This document shows, in pieces, positions 50,124 through 60,421 of a DNA stretch of 64,000 bases (the stretch's first letter is position 1; every line of letters starts with the position of its first letter). Location of the stretch: positions 192,001 to 256,000 of the forward strand of contig CAWCTR010000004.1 of the NCBI GenBank assembly GCA_963798485.1. The letters are read 5' to 3'. The position numbers and the translations under genes were made by a program. Source of the stretch: an uncultured delta proteobacterium. GTDB lineage: Bacteria; Desulfobacterota; Desulfomonilia; UBA1062. Under the pieces are notes generated by a model. That model was not told where the DNA came from. It ran no database searches and was given only the letters and a program-made list of their open reading frames with translations.

Positions 50124-51362
50124 ATGCAGGAATATAAAGAAATATATAATTGGTTCTCTCCACTTAAAGAGGTTTTGCATGCCATCCCTATTGCCAGTAC
50201 CCTTCCATCTCCGACCTTTATCATTGGCGGAAGAGAATTTATTTCATTCAGCTCTAATAATTATCTGGGGCTGGCATCACACCCACGCATGATAAGAAAA
50301 GCCAGGGAAGGCCTTGAGAAATATGGCATCGCTAATTGTGAATCAAGGCTACTTGGCGGCGATATGGATTTATATCTGAATTTGGAGGCAAAGATCGCCC
50401 GGCTTAAGCACAAAGAATCGGCAATGCTCTTTGCCACAGGATATCTCACGAATCTCGGCGTCCTCTCTGCTCTGGTAAATTCGGGAAAGATGGCTCGCTT
50501 TTTCGGCCACACCCCATCAAAAATCTATAAATATACGTATTTTACTGACCAATATAATCATGTGAGTATTCGTGAAGGTATTGCATTGTCCGGAATACAC
50601 AGTGTAAAATACAGGCATTGCGATATGAATGACCTGGAGCATAAGTTAAAAACCTATAACGAAAATATACCGATTATTGTGAGCGACGGTGTTTTCAGTA
50701 TGGATGGAGATATAATTCCTTTGCCGGATATGCTTCAACTGGCGGAACGTTACGGAGCCATGATCTATATCGATGATGCGCATGGAACCGGCATCCTTGG
50801 AAAAACCGGTGCTGGGACAACGGAATACTTCGATATCGACAGTCCATGCATAATATCCATGGGTACTCTGAGCAAGGCATATGGCGCAATAGGGGGCTTT
50901 ATTGCTGCTGATTCATGTATCACGGAGGCCCTACGATTTTCCTGCAAATCATATGGGTTCACCTCGACCCTCCCGCCGGATCAGGCTTGTGCTGTATCTG
51001 AAGCTATTGATATTGTACATGATGAGCCGGAATTGCGACAACAGATTTGGGGAAATCAACGCTATTTTGTAGCTGGTGTTGAATCCCTTGGCTACAATGT
51101 TATGAGCAAGGAATGCTGCATAATCCCGGTGGAGATTGGTGATGAGATTCAGTGTGAGTCAATGGCTCGGATATTAGGGAATGACTTTGGTATACATGTT
51201 GATGCTATAATGTTCCCCGCTGTTCCACGGAATAAGGCAAGATTACGTTTTAGTATGAACGCCAAGCATACACCTGATCATCTTGACTGTGCACTGAATG
51301 CGCTTAAGCAATTATCAACCGGGATGAATAACGAAAACAGGGAAATAGGGCTATACAAATAA
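50124..51362 (+). CDS. PLP-dependent alpha-oxoamine synthase (BioF/Kbl/SPT family)
   Basis: SNNYLGL, GVFSMDGD, DDAHGTG, GTLSKA. Confidence 0.88.
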   Translation: MQEYKEIYNWFSPLKEVLHAIPIASTLPSPTFIIGGREFISFSSNNYLGLASHPRMIRKAREGLEKYGIANCESRLLGGDMDLYLNLEAKIARLKHKESAMLFATGYLTNLGVLSALVNSGKMARFFGHTPSKIYKYTYFTDQYNHVSIREGIALSGIHSVKYRHCDMNDLEHKLKTYNENIPIIVSDGVFSMDGDIIPLPDMLQLAERYGAMIYIDDAHGTGILGKTGAGTTEYFDIDSPCIISMGTLSKAYGAIGGFIAADSCITEALRFSCKSYGFTSTLPPDQACAVSEAIDIVHDEPELRQQIWGNQRYFVAGVESLGYNVMSKECCIIPVEIGDEIQCESMARILGNDFGIHVDAIMFPAVPRNKARLRFSMNAKHTPDHLDCALNALKQLSTGMNNENREIGLYK

Positions 51363-51390
51363 TTATCATATCCTCTGAACCCGTTAATTG

Positions 51391-51421
51391 ATCGGGGCGT
51401 GCAATGTATGCACGCCCCGAT
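51391..51421. terminator. Hairpin between convergent genes
   Basis: ATCGGGGCGTGCA-ATGTA-TGCACGCCCCGAT. Confidence 0.7.
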
Positions 51422-51452
51422 GTAAGTGAGCTGTCAATAAATCAAGAAGAAC

Positions 51453-53375
51453 TTAACTCTTCGTGAGGTTTATCTGGAGGTAATAAGCTGAAAAAGTTAC
51501 ACTGCGGCCATTGAAAGTGCCCCACCCATACAGGTGTTGTATCTTGGCACCAGCAGTGCACGCAGTGTTGAGGGCGTTGATGAAATCTGCATAAGTATCG
51601 TATATAGTTAAGGTTCCTGCCTGATCTATGCAGAACTTGTCAGTGCTCGCGCCATCAGGCTGGACTATCGGGTTTGTCCCAGCATAATTGAGCACAAAAT
51701 CTGTTATATCATTCTCCCTGTTCACTCTGTGGCATTTTCCAACAGTGCTCATGGTACTCCCATTCAGTGTAAGGCCTGCCGTCGTTGATATGCTGATGAA
51801 GGCATCACTCTCCGGTTCCCCTTTACCACCCCATCCTACATTCAAGAAAGCCTTAGTATTGGAAAGATTCATGATGCTCTGTGCATCGAAGTCCTCAGGG
51901 GCAGAACCGAATGGGGCCATAAACCCTTTCATCCTGAGCGGCATCTTGTTCGTAGTCAGGGTTGAGGTGTTAAGACCTGCCGCAGGGTTTATCGCGTAAT
52001 CCAATATCGTTGCATCGTTGGAAGAATTTGTTCCCGTTCCTGCAAAATCGAATGGAGTTGTATCATTGACTATTTGTATCCCGTCGATTTTCTCCAGGGA
52101 CATGGACAGCCATCCGTTCGTATTTTCGATGGCAGAGGCTGGATAATTCAGTTCCCCCAGGATGGTGGTGATATCCAAACGGGCAAAACCGTTCGTTGCA
52201 TCCAAGGTGCTAGTGCTGGAATTATATGTCCCGATTACATCGATGTGCTGTCCTACAGAGATGCTACTTATCGTGAAAGCACCTTTAGAGAATTGCTTGC
52301 TCACCTTGGTGGTGGAGGCAAGCATAACGGTCATGGTGGGGTTGAACGTGACCATTCCCGTTGCCCTGGTCAGGGTCGCACCTTTCATGATCAGTGTGTT
52401 GCCTGTACGGCTGAGCACCGTACCACCGGCAGCATCCAAGGTTCCTCCCGGCACACTCGACCCGGCTAGGACTTCAGATGCAGTAAAGTTGAGGCTTGAA
52501 TCGAAAGTGCCATGGGCAATGACTGCCGTATATGCAGGCTGTGCTGCAAGCGTCTGGAGTCCTGCGGTTGTGTAGGTTACACCGTCTATATTAAAAGCGG
52601 TGCTGCTAGTGACATTGACCGTCATGGTGCCGAACGATGTGTCATGAGAAAGGGCATTGGCAAAGGGTCGCAGGATCATAACGAACGAATTGCCGCTCAC
52701 GTTCACACTCTGTAGCGACCCTCTGAAGCGTTGGATCTTGTCGGTATCAGGAGTCAGGGAGGCATCGAGAACCGGAGATACTTCCAGAGATGGTACGTCC
52801 CCTGAGAACGTCACAACATTCGTGTTGCCAAGGTTGAAGTCAAGTGCCATATGCACAGGGCCACCAACAGCAACGTTAAGATTGGAGCTAAGATCGACGG
52901 TAAGATCAATGGGCGATGTTATCGCATTCCCCTCATTATCAGTAATGTTAGCTACAGGTATCGGTATTACACTCCCATTGTTGTCATACACTTCAATGTC
53001 GGCATTGGAATAATCAAGAGTCATGACGACCTTGTTATAGGTTCCGACTTCAACTGTTCCCGATGTCAGGAATTCGGTCATGTTGGTTAATTGGGCGAAG
53101 TCGACCATGGTTGTCCCGGTAGGGGGAAGAGCATCGACAAATGTTCCGTCTTTCTTATAAAGTTTAATGGCTGTTACATTAACCGCATACCGGACGAAAT
53201 CACCTGGCGCATCCGTAAGACCGATCAACGCCTGGCCGGAGCTCGAAGAAGTACCTCCGCTACTACTGCTTGAGCTCGATCCGCCGCCGCCTCCGCACCC
53301 CTGGATGATAAAGATCAGGGACAGAAACAGGATAAAACTAATTCCCTTCCATGCTGTAGATAAACTCTTTTTCAT
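51453..53375 (-). CDS. Lipoprotein, DUF4382/DUF5666-like
   Basis: IQGC lipobox, Gly/Ser linker, LTDAP, LDFNL; Thr/Ser-rich beta repeats. Confidence 0.7.
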   Translation of the reverse strand: MKKSLSTAWKGISFILFLSLIFIIQGCGGGGGSSSSSSSGGTSSSSGQALIGLTDAPGDFVRYAVNVTAIKLYKKDGTFVDALPPTGTTMVDFAQLTNMTEFLTSGTVEVGTYNKVVMTLDYSNADIEVYDNNGSVIPIPVANITDNEGNAITSPIDLTVDLSSNLNVAVGGPVHMALDFNLGNTNVVTFSGDVPSLEVSPVLDASLTPDTDKIQRFRGSLQSVNVSGNSFVMILRPFANALSHDTSFGTMTVNVTSSTAFNIDGVTYTTAGLQTLAAQPAYTAVIAHGTFDSSLNFTASEVLAGSSVPGGTLDAAGGTVLSRTGNTLIMKGATLTRATGMVTFNPTMTVMLASTTKVSKQFSKGAFTISSISVGQHIDVIGTYNSSTSTLDATNGFARLDITTILGELNYPASAIENTNGWLSMSLEKIDGIQIVNDTTPFDFAGTGTNSSNDATILDYAINPAAGLNTSTLTTNKMPLRMKGFMAPFGSAPEDFDAQSIMNLSNTKAFLNVGWGGKGEPESDAFISISTTAGLTLNGSTMSTVGKCHRVNRENDITDFVLNYAGTNPIVQPDGASTDKFCIDQAGTLTIYDTYADFINALNTACTAGAKIQHLYGWGTFNGRSVTFSAYYLQINLTKS

Positions 53376-53599
53376 GCAGAGATCCTCCTGCTGGGGAATA
53401 TTTTTATTTTTGGTTCATTATGGTCATTCATTAATTGTTCTCGTATCGGTTAACCCACAGAGCTGCTTAAGCAATGTAGGACTGATTACGATTGGGAACT
53501 GCTTTCCCTATTGCTCATATATGCTCTTAAAAACTGTAATATTGATTAAGACGGCTGAAGCATGGAATTAGTTTACAGATATGCTGGATGATGTTCATT

Positions 53600-54043
53600 T
53601 TATTTACTAGTCTTGACTCCAGTATTGGATTTATTGACCAATCCCAAGAAACGGAGCTTTTCCACATTATTTATAACCACATATATTCGTATATTATTGC
53701 TATAGGGGTCTACTGGTAATAAGAAAAACCCGGGACGCTGCGGGTCATAGCCCAAAGCAGAGCCTTGAAGCACTTCCCCATCCTTAAAAGTAATTTCTAT
53801 CCTGCGACCTTGAGGATGATCATCCTCATTAAACAATTTCCGCTCATTGTATTCTCTGTTACCTGCAAGAGTCTTCACAAAGAACAAAGCCTTGAGGTCT
53901 ACTGTCTTAACCAGAATTGGTTTAGTGCCCGGTGCAGTATCCTTAAGGAGATGGAAAATTGGGGTTAATGGATTGAAATCTTGTACATAGCCTTTAAGAA
54001 GGCTGCCATCTAAAAAATGCGCAACAACCTTGATCGGCTCCAC
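53600..54043 (-). CDS. Conserved hypothetical protein
   Basis: KVVAHFLDG...LKALFFVK...GFFLLPVDP.SNN; GTG start with RBS. Confidence 0.7.
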   Translation of the reverse strand: MEPIKVVAHFLDGSLLKGYVQDFNPLTPIFHLLKDTAPGTKPILVKTVDLKALFFVKTLAGNREYNERKLFNEDDHPQGRRIEITFKDGEVLQGSALGYDPQRPGFFLLPVDPYSNNIRIYVVINNVEKLRFLGLVNKSNTGVKTSK

Positions 54044-54295
54044 ATTTTCCCCTTAAGATTATTTAAGATATAAGACGTATGAAGTACAGCATTTGTTTAC
54101 AGAGGCTCTGGAAGATGTGTATTTCTTGTTATTAGAAATGTATTCAGCAATACATAGGTACGGCTCCTATATTGAGATCAGATATGAATAGGTGAAGAAT
54201 GATACGAAGAAATAAGGAAATTTTATCAATGCTATGCATGAGACCAAGAGAGGTAGTCTATCAATCTGTACATAGATTATGATACAGAACCGATC

Positions 54296-55189
54296 TTGAC
54301 AAACGGAGGGTTAACCTTGAATTTTATTTTTTCAGTCGTGATTTTGGCAATCATCCAAGGCCTGGCAGAACTACTTCCCATATCAAGCTCTGCCCATGTC
54401 ATCATTGCAGAGAAGCTCCTTGGGTTAGATCCTACCACACCGGAAATGACTCTGCTTCTGGTGATGCTGCATACAGGCACGATGCTGGCAGTTATTGTCT
54501 ATTTCTGGAAATCCTGGAAGCAAACCTACTTTTCTTCATGGAGAGAGACATGGCTCAATGCAAGGCTGCTCTTTCTTGCAACCATGATGACCGGTATTTT
54601 GGGGATAACTATCAAGACCGCCATTGAGCGATATTTCTTTCATAATGCCCCTAAGGCTGAGCTTGAGCAGCTGTTCGGAAATCTCCCGCTTATTGCTATC
54701 GCACTGGCTGCCGCAGGAATTTTAATCGTGTACTCGGGGCTACGGTACCACAGGGTTATGAATGATCAGGAAACCCCGGTCCAAACAAAAAATGCATTCT
54801 GGATAGGTATGATACAGGGTTTGTGTCTGCCGTTCCGTGGATTTTCCCGCTCGGGTGCTACTATTTCATCCGGGTTATTAACAGGAGCATCGAAACGGCC
54901 AGTTGAGGAATTCAGTTTTGCACTGGCTGTCATTCTCACGCCTCCCGTGCTTGTTCACGAAGCCATGAGGCTGGTTAAATCACTTCCGGTTCAAGCAGTT
55001 TCCGCAACTTCCCCGATGATGGGTCTCTTCTTACCTGGTTTGTTTGGTATGATCTGTAGTTTCCTTGCAGGTCTCCTGGCATTACGTTGGCTGTCTCGCT
55101 GGCTTGAGAAAGGAAAATGGCATTACTTCGGCTACTACTGTCTATTCGCATCTGCAATTGTACTGTTGTTGCATTACTTGGGATATTGA
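54296..55189 (+). CDS. uppP: Undecaprenyl-diphosphate phosphatase
   Basis: QGLAELLPISSSAH, HTGT, GFSRSGATI. Confidence 0.92.
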   Translation: MTNGGLTLNFIFSVVILAIIQGLAELLPISSSAHVIIAEKLLGLDPTTPEMTLLLVMLHTGTMLAVIVYFWKSWKQTYFSSWRETWLNARLLFLATMMTGILGITIKTAIERYFFHNAPKAELEQLFGNLPLIAIALAAAGILIVYSGLRYHRVMNDQETPVQTKNAFWIGMIQGLCLPFRGFSRSGATISSGLLTGASKRPVEEFSFALAVILTPPVLVHEAMRLVKSLPVQAVSATSPMMGLFLPGLFGMICSFLAGLLALRWLSRWLEKGKWHYFGYYCLFASAIVLLLHYLGY

Positions 55190-55388
55190 ACATAGTATGT
55201 AATATCTCGCACATTATTTCATATTATCTTGAAGGTAAAAATGTTTATTCTTCTCCAAGAAAGTCCTCATTGCTTTTCCCTTATCTTGACATACTTCACC
55301 TTGGGTAGGTATAAATGAATTCCCAGATGGCCTAATATCTTGGCCCGAATAAATGGATGTTAAATTGTGATTGAGGGAGTTTGTCATT

Positions 55389-56237
55389 ATGAGGAGATTC
55401 ATTTTAGGTCCAATTATATGTGCATTAGTCCTTGGGTTTATGTTGGCAGATTTTGGGCAGGTTGCTCAAGCCCAGACAAGCAGCAAGAAGGAGATCAAAT
55501 CTGTAGCTGCAAAGAATCACAAACACCCTAAGAAGGCAGCTAACAATGTGCAGGCAAGACTCTCAAGCAAGAAATCGAATGCTTCCAAGAAAAAGACTAA
55601 AGCCAAGCATGCATCAGCAGGCGACGGCAATAAGAACCATAAGAAAACCATACACGCAAAGCATACGAAAAAGGCCAAAGCACATAAACACAATTATACT
55701 CAGTCATCAAATTCAAACACAGATATAAAATCAGCTCTAGACTACGAGCTTCCAACTATGCCGCCTTCAGACCTTTGGCTGGCAAAAGATTCTCCTGATC
55801 TATACAAAAAGGTTATGTATGATGGGCAACTGGACGAGCGGACCGTCAAGATCCTTGAGTCGGCATACAACTATCTTGGAACTCCATACCGTTGGGGAGG
55901 AACAACGCCGAGTGGGTTTGATTGTTCCGGGTTCGTAAAGTATGTGTTCAATGAGAATGGTATACCATTGGGCAGGGCATCGAGAGTACAGGCACAGGAG
56001 GGGGAATCAGTCCGTCTGTCTGATCTGAGACCGGGGGACCTCATCTTCTTCAAAATGCACCACAGGATCAGGGACCACTACCGTGTCAACCATGTTGGGC
56101 TCTATGTCGGGAATGGTCAATTTATCCATGCCTCCTGTAATTCACGTACACATGTGATTACAGTCGAAGACCTTGAGTCGGAGCACTACTTTCCCAGGAT
56201 CGTGGAAGTCCGGAGAGTTCTCGAAAACATGAATTAA
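55389..56237 (+). CDS. NlpC/P60 (C40) peptidase with basic linker
   Basis: GTPYRWGG, FDCSGF, PGDLIFF, HVGLY, FIHAS. Confidence 0.93.
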   Translation: MRRFILGPIICALVLGFMLADFGQVAQAQTSSKKEIKSVAAKNHKHPKKAANNVQARLSSKKSNASKKKTKAKHASAGDGNKNHKKTIHAKHTKKAKAHKHNYTQSSNSNTDIKSALDYELPTMPPSDLWLAKDSPDLYKKVMYDGQLDERTVKILESAYNYLGTPYRWGGTTPSGFDCSGFVKYVFNENGIPLGRASRVQAQEGESVRLSDLRPGDLIFFKMHHRIRDHYRVNHVGLYVGNGQFIHASCNSRTHVITVEDLESEHYFPRIVEVRRVLENMN

Positions 56238-56354
56238 CAAAACAAAATGGTGTGAACGGTCCCCCGTACTATTTAAAAACCTATCTTGAGAGGTGAATAA
56301 GCGGTGCGGGCAACAGCCCGCTACCACCTGTATCTACTTGTCAGCTGACAAGTC

Positions 56355-56444
56355 TTATTTCATTTTGGTTACCTGGCTCAGCGGGATTCCCAGTGCTTCA
56401 GCAACCCCTTTGCCATAAGCCGGATCAGCCTTTAAACAGTTAAC
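56355..56444 (-). pseudogene. Remnant of monofunctional catalase C-terminus
   Basis: Manual translation VNCLKADPAYGKGVAEALGIPL..., typical KatA C-terminal helix. Confidence 0.65.
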
Positions 56445-56717
56445 AAGGGGTAACCCCAACACCAACTGTTATTTCATCGAGCCGGTTCATTTTTGAGAAA
56501 TCGTTTTTAATGCAAATTATTTCATATCAACCCTGTTTATTAGTACCGCCCCATGGCCCTCCTTGAGGCCAATCTTTTTACTCTCTTGCGGACATTTCTA
56601 TCGAGATCACAGGGTGGCATTATCAAATAGTCGGGACAAGATACACACTTTCTCCTCGACAAGGACAGATACAGTCTTATTCTAACAAAATAGAATACTA
56701 TAAAAGTAGCTTGGTAT

Positions 56718-56897
56718 ATGGAAGGGAAACATGAACACAAACATACTCATGAGCACGAGCATAAGCATGTGCATGATCATGAACACTCTCATGAAGGCAA
56801 GAAACATATGCATGAACATGAGCATAAGGGAGAACATGGTGCGCATGACCATGAACAAACGGGGCACGAGAAAGAACCTCATACCCACGATCATTGA
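56718..56897 (+). CDS. 59-aa histidine-rich mini-protein (not in ORF track)
   Basis: MEGKHEHKHTHEHEHKHVHDHEHSHEGKKHMHEHEHKGEHGAHDHEQTGHEKEPHTHDH; 22 His. Confidence 0.75.
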   Translation: MEGKHEHKHTHEHEHKHVHDHEHSHEGKKHMHEHEHKGEHGAHDHEQTGHEKEPHTHDH

Positions 56898-56909
56898 TGG
56901 ATAAAGAGA

Positions 56910-57608
56910 TTACTTTCTGCTGCCGAGCAGCATGAGCATCCAGCTTTTAAGGTTCATGCCCATACCGACCCTCATTTCAGGAGTCATGCCAGGGTATTTC
57001 TCAGGGTGGAGAACGGCATCGAAGCCATAGTCGATGGCTTGTTCCATAAGTTCACGCCCCTTCTTTACACCCCCATAGACATAGATGGTAGTGATGAGGC
57101 GCCAATTAAGCATTTGAAATATGTCGTTGCCGATGGTTTCCTTTAAATCATAAAATGGCCCGTGTGTAACAGGATCGAGGCAGGAGAGGATGTCTGCCAG
57201 GATTATAACCAGTTCCATACGGTCACCCGTTTTAAACCCTGAGTATTCCCGTGCAAGATCGATACTGGTTTGGTTCCCTTTGATGATGTGTTCCATGAGC
57301 GATGCAATGAAATGGCCAAGCTCAAATGCCTTTTCTCTCACTACCTGCAGGAAATCTTCCTGTTTGTGCCATATCCTCAGTGTACCTGTTGGCACGTCCA
57401 GAACTGTGGAGAAATCCCTGAGGTGAAAGATATTCGGATACAGGGCCAAGAGGATTGCTGCACGAAGCTTATTCCTGGAAAATCGCACGGCAGAGCCCTT
57501 GCCGTTGTTCCTGGGCTTTCCATCCAGACAGGCCGAGGCCCAGCACGAAACAAATGAGATGGCCGCACCCTGGATGTGTTTGGAGATCTCTGTCTTCTTA
57601 TTCTTCAT
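56910..57608 (-). CDS. Hypothetical protein with possible HTH
   Basis: 232-aa ORF; DFSTVLDVPTGTLRIW looks HTH-like. Confidence 0.55.
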   Translation of the reverse strand: MKNKKTEISKHIQGAAISFVSCWASACLDGKPRNNGKGSAVRFSRNKLRAAILLALYPNIFHLRDFSTVLDVPTGTLRIWHKQEDFLQVVREKAFELGHFIASLMEHIIKGNQTSIDLAREYSGFKTGDRMELVIILADILSCLDPVTHGPFYDLKETIGNDIFQMLNWRLITTIYVYGGVKKGRELMEQAIDYGFDAVLHPEKYPGMTPEMRVGMGMNLKSWMLMLLGSRK

Positions 57609-57697
57609 ATCAAAGACAATTATATAACATCAAAAGATGGGGGTGGGGCACCACCCTCCAGGGCTGAAGGAGGGAGGATGATGCCCCATCGGGGTAC

Positions 57698-58357
57698 TCA
57701 CAGTTCTTTCGAAACGGAGACGATCTCCTGATGAACCCATAATGGAGCTACCTCATGGGCCTCTTCATACGGTATCTTTCCGTGGAGGAACATGGCCTTG
57801 AAGTCATGGAACATGTAGATACCCAGGAATACGTGGACCAGCAGGAACAGGGTGAGGAACAAACCGGCGAACAGGTGGATATACCCGAAGGTACTGGCCA
57901 GTCCGTGGGGGATGATGTGGGGGAATACCCACAGCGCCCACCCGGTCCCGATGAGCAGGATGCCTCCTATCAGAATACAGACCCCGAAGAGCTTCTGGCC
58001 GGAATTATATTTGCCCATGGGCGGTACTTTCACCTTCTTCCCCAACAGAAATTTCTGCGGGTATCCGCCCAGTACGGCAAACCATTTGACGTCGTTCACC
58101 CCAAAGGTGAATGCCCGTTTGGTAAAGAGCACGACCCGGTCGAGTGCCATGACAAAGAATGAAATGGCACTCAGTGTCAGGACCACCCCGGCGGTGACGT
58201 GGACCCTCATGAGGAGGTTCATGATTTCTTCGTTATAAGGTTTGAGGAACAGGAAGATCCCGGTGATTGCCAGGGGTATGAAACTCAAGACTAATAAATA
58301 ATGAAACATCCTTACCCGTAACGGGTGCTTCACTATCATCATGTCATGGCTTTCCAT
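57698..58357 (-). CDS. Cytochrome b membrane anchor (FdnI/HydC-like)
   Basis: RMFH, RVH, GKYNSGQK, YIH, LVHV; four TM helices. Confidence 0.88.
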   Translation of the reverse strand: MESHDMMIVKHPLRVRMFHYLLVLSFIPLAITGIFLFLKPYNEEIMNLLMRVHVTAGVVLTLSAISFFVMALDRVVLFTKRAFTFGVNDVKWFAVLGGYPQKFLLGKKVKVPPMGKYNSGQKLFGVCILIGGILLIGTGWALWVFPHIIPHGLASTFGYIHLFAGLFLTLFLLVHVFLGIYMFHDFKAMFLHGKIPYEEAHEVAPLWVHQEIVSVSKEL

Positions 58358-58378
58358 GGTGATGCCTCCTTGTTTATA

Positions 58379-58711
58379 TTAGGCCAGGGCCTTGCTTCTG
58401 TCGATGTAGCGGGTATGTAACAGCTCCTCGGAGATCTCACCCACCGGCTCTATAAGGAAGTCCTTATACAGGGTAGTGACCCCCTTGTTGGCATGGCTCA
58501 CCCTGATTTTGGCCATCATATCATCCTTGTATAAGCCTGCGGTCCGGGACCTGATATAGTCGGTCCTTTTCACCGCCATCCGCTTCACAAAAACGGCCGG
58601 GATAGCGGTAAAGGCTACCAGGGCGCCGCTGATGGAGAGAAATTGTCTGCGAGAGACCTTGCAGGGGTCCTCGATATAGTATTCTATTTTCTTATCCTCA
58701 TGTCCGCACAT
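58379..58711 (-). CDS. hydB: [FeFe]-hydrogenase small subunit with Tat signal
   Basis: SRRQFL twin-arginine motif; R...LYKDD...RVSHAN...LY...LLHTRY. Confidence 0.9.
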   Translation of the reverse strand: MCGHEDKKIEYYIEDPCKVSRRQFLSISGALVAFTAIPAVFVKRMAVKRTDYIRSRTAGLYKDDMMAKIRVSHANKGVTTLYKDFLIEPVGEISEELLHTRYIDRSKALA

Positions 58712-58770
58712 TGTTTCCCCCGTTATTTTGTATTCTACCTTTATCCCGATCCGGATCCGCCGATAGGGTC

Positions 58771-60051
58771 CTATTTCCATGCCATCAGGGGCGACATGGT
58801 CCCGAGCCATCCGGTGCCGTCGGCCTGTATGGGCTGGCCACCGCCGTTGATGCAGCCGCCCGGGCAGTTCATGACCTCTATGAAATGGTATTTCGACCTG
58901 CCTGCAAGGATCTCCTCCAATACCGGCGCGATGTTCTCCCTCAACCCGTGAACCACCGCCACATTGACCGTTGCGGTCTTGTTGTACTTCGTATCCATGA
59001 GGGTGACCGAGGCGCTCTTCACCCCCTTGAGGCCCCGAACCGGCTTGAATTCGAGCGGTTCAAGCTCCTTGCCGGTAAGAACGGTGTGCACCGTGCGGAC
59101 AGCAGCCTCCATGACTCCCCCTGTGTTCCCGAAGATCGTTCCTGCGCCGCTGTACTCGGCCAGGATGCTGTCGCCCTCTTTGCTTTCTTCTTTCATGAGG
59201 TCGATGTCCATCTTCTTGAGGAGCCTGGCCAGGTCTCTGGTGGTGAGTACGGCATCGATATCGGGGTAGGGCTTTGTCGAACCTGCCGCATTCTCCTTTT
59301 TCAGGTAATCGAATGCGCTTGTGAACTCGGGCCTGCTCGCCTCAAATTTCTTTGCCGTACAGGGCATGACCCCTACGGTGTAGACGTTTTCAGGTTTTTT
59401 ATCCCAGACCTTGGACGCCCCGTAGGTCTTTGCCACTGCGCCAGCCATCTGCTGCGGGGATTTTGCGGACGAGAGGTTCGGGACCAGGGATGGGTAGTTG
59501 AGCTCCACATACCTTACCCAGGCGGGGCAGCAGGAGGTGAACTGGGGCAGGGGACCTGTCTTACGGCCAGGGATTACCTCTCCGAACAGTGCGGCACGTG
59601 CCCTCTGGATGAACTCCGTACCCTCCTCCATGATGGTAAGGTCCGCTGCATAGTTGTTGTCAAAGATCTTGAAACCCGCTTTCTGCATAGCCCCGTACAT
59701 CCGGCCCGTCACTAGTTCGCCCGGGTCCGATCCGAACTCTTCCCCTATGGCCACCCGTACGGCGGGTGCAATGATGCCCACCACTGTAATGTTTCTATCC
59801 TTGAGCTTGGCCATGACCGCATCCACGGCGTCAACATTCTCATAAGGGGCACCGAAGGGGCAGTTTACCAGACACTGACCGCAATTGATGCATTTCTCGG
59901 TATCGATGCTATGGACGGCCCCGAACATCCCCTTGATGGCCTTGGTTGAGCAGTGGCGTTTGCACGTATCGCAGCCCTTGCACTTATCTGCATTGATGGC
60001 TATGACGCCCTGCACCTCTCCTTCCTGAAATGTCTTTATGACCTTTTCCAA
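58771..60051 (-). CDS. hydA: [FeFe]-hydrogenase large subunit (2x[4Fe-4S] + H-cluster)
   Basis: CKGCDTC, CINCGQC, TSCCPAW, MPCTAKKFE, EVMNCPGGCINGGGQP; TTG start at 60051 preferred because of GAGGAGG RBS (ORF track starts at 60105). Confidence 0.95.
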   Translation of the reverse strand: MEKVIKTFQEGEVQGVIAINADKCKGCDTCKRHCSTKAIKGMFGAVHSIDTEKCINCGQCLVNCPFGAPYENVDAVDAVMAKLKDRNITVVGIIAPAVRVAIGEEFGSDPGELVTGRMYGAMQKAGFKIFDNNYAADLTIMEEGTEFIQRARAALFGEVIPGRKTGPLPQFTSCCPAWVRYVELNYPSLVPNLSSAKSPQQMAGAVAKTYGASKVWDKKPENVYTVGVMPCTAKKFEASRPEFTSAFDYLKKENAAGSTKPYPDIDAVLTTRDLARLLKKMDIDLMKEESKEGDSILAEYSGAGTIFGNTGGVMEAAVRTVHTVLTGKELEPLEFKPVRGLKGVKSASVTLMDTKYNKTATVNVAVVHGLRENIAPVLEEILAGRSKYHFIEVMNCPGGCINGGGQPIQADGTGWLGTMSPLMAWK

Positions 60052-60103
60052 TGTGCCCACCTCCTCGCGGTTCATATCCCCATGGTGAATTATTATTCTC
60101 GTC

Positions 60104-60130
60104 ATAACACAATTATGATAATCGTGCTAC
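60104..60130. promoter_or_regulatory. Putative NikR operator upstream of hydA
   Basis: ATAACAC-N13-GTGCTAC, same geometry as 13281-13307. Confidence 0.65.
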
Positions 60131-60421
60131 ATAAATAATGAATAATCAATTCTCCTTTCTGGAAGCACAGGCAATTCACTGGAAGTTTGATCACAAATAG
60201 GGTTTTCCCTTATCTCATGGGGAAGAGAAGTGATTTCAAAACCCAAGCAGCTCAATATGAATTATCTTTTTCAATTTTCTTTTCCAATCTGAATGAGGGC
60301 GTAGGATTCACGGTACGGAATATTATAATTTAAGTCCCATTTTCCTTCGCAGGAGAAAGACTCTGTTGAGGGATGAATACACAGGTAAGAAAGACAAAGA
60401 GAGAGCTAAGGTTGCTGATTT

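Noticed and set aside
56682-56894. Met-rich hydrophobic ORF on the minus strand
   Set aside because: Mirror of CAT His codons in the plus-strand His-rich ORF
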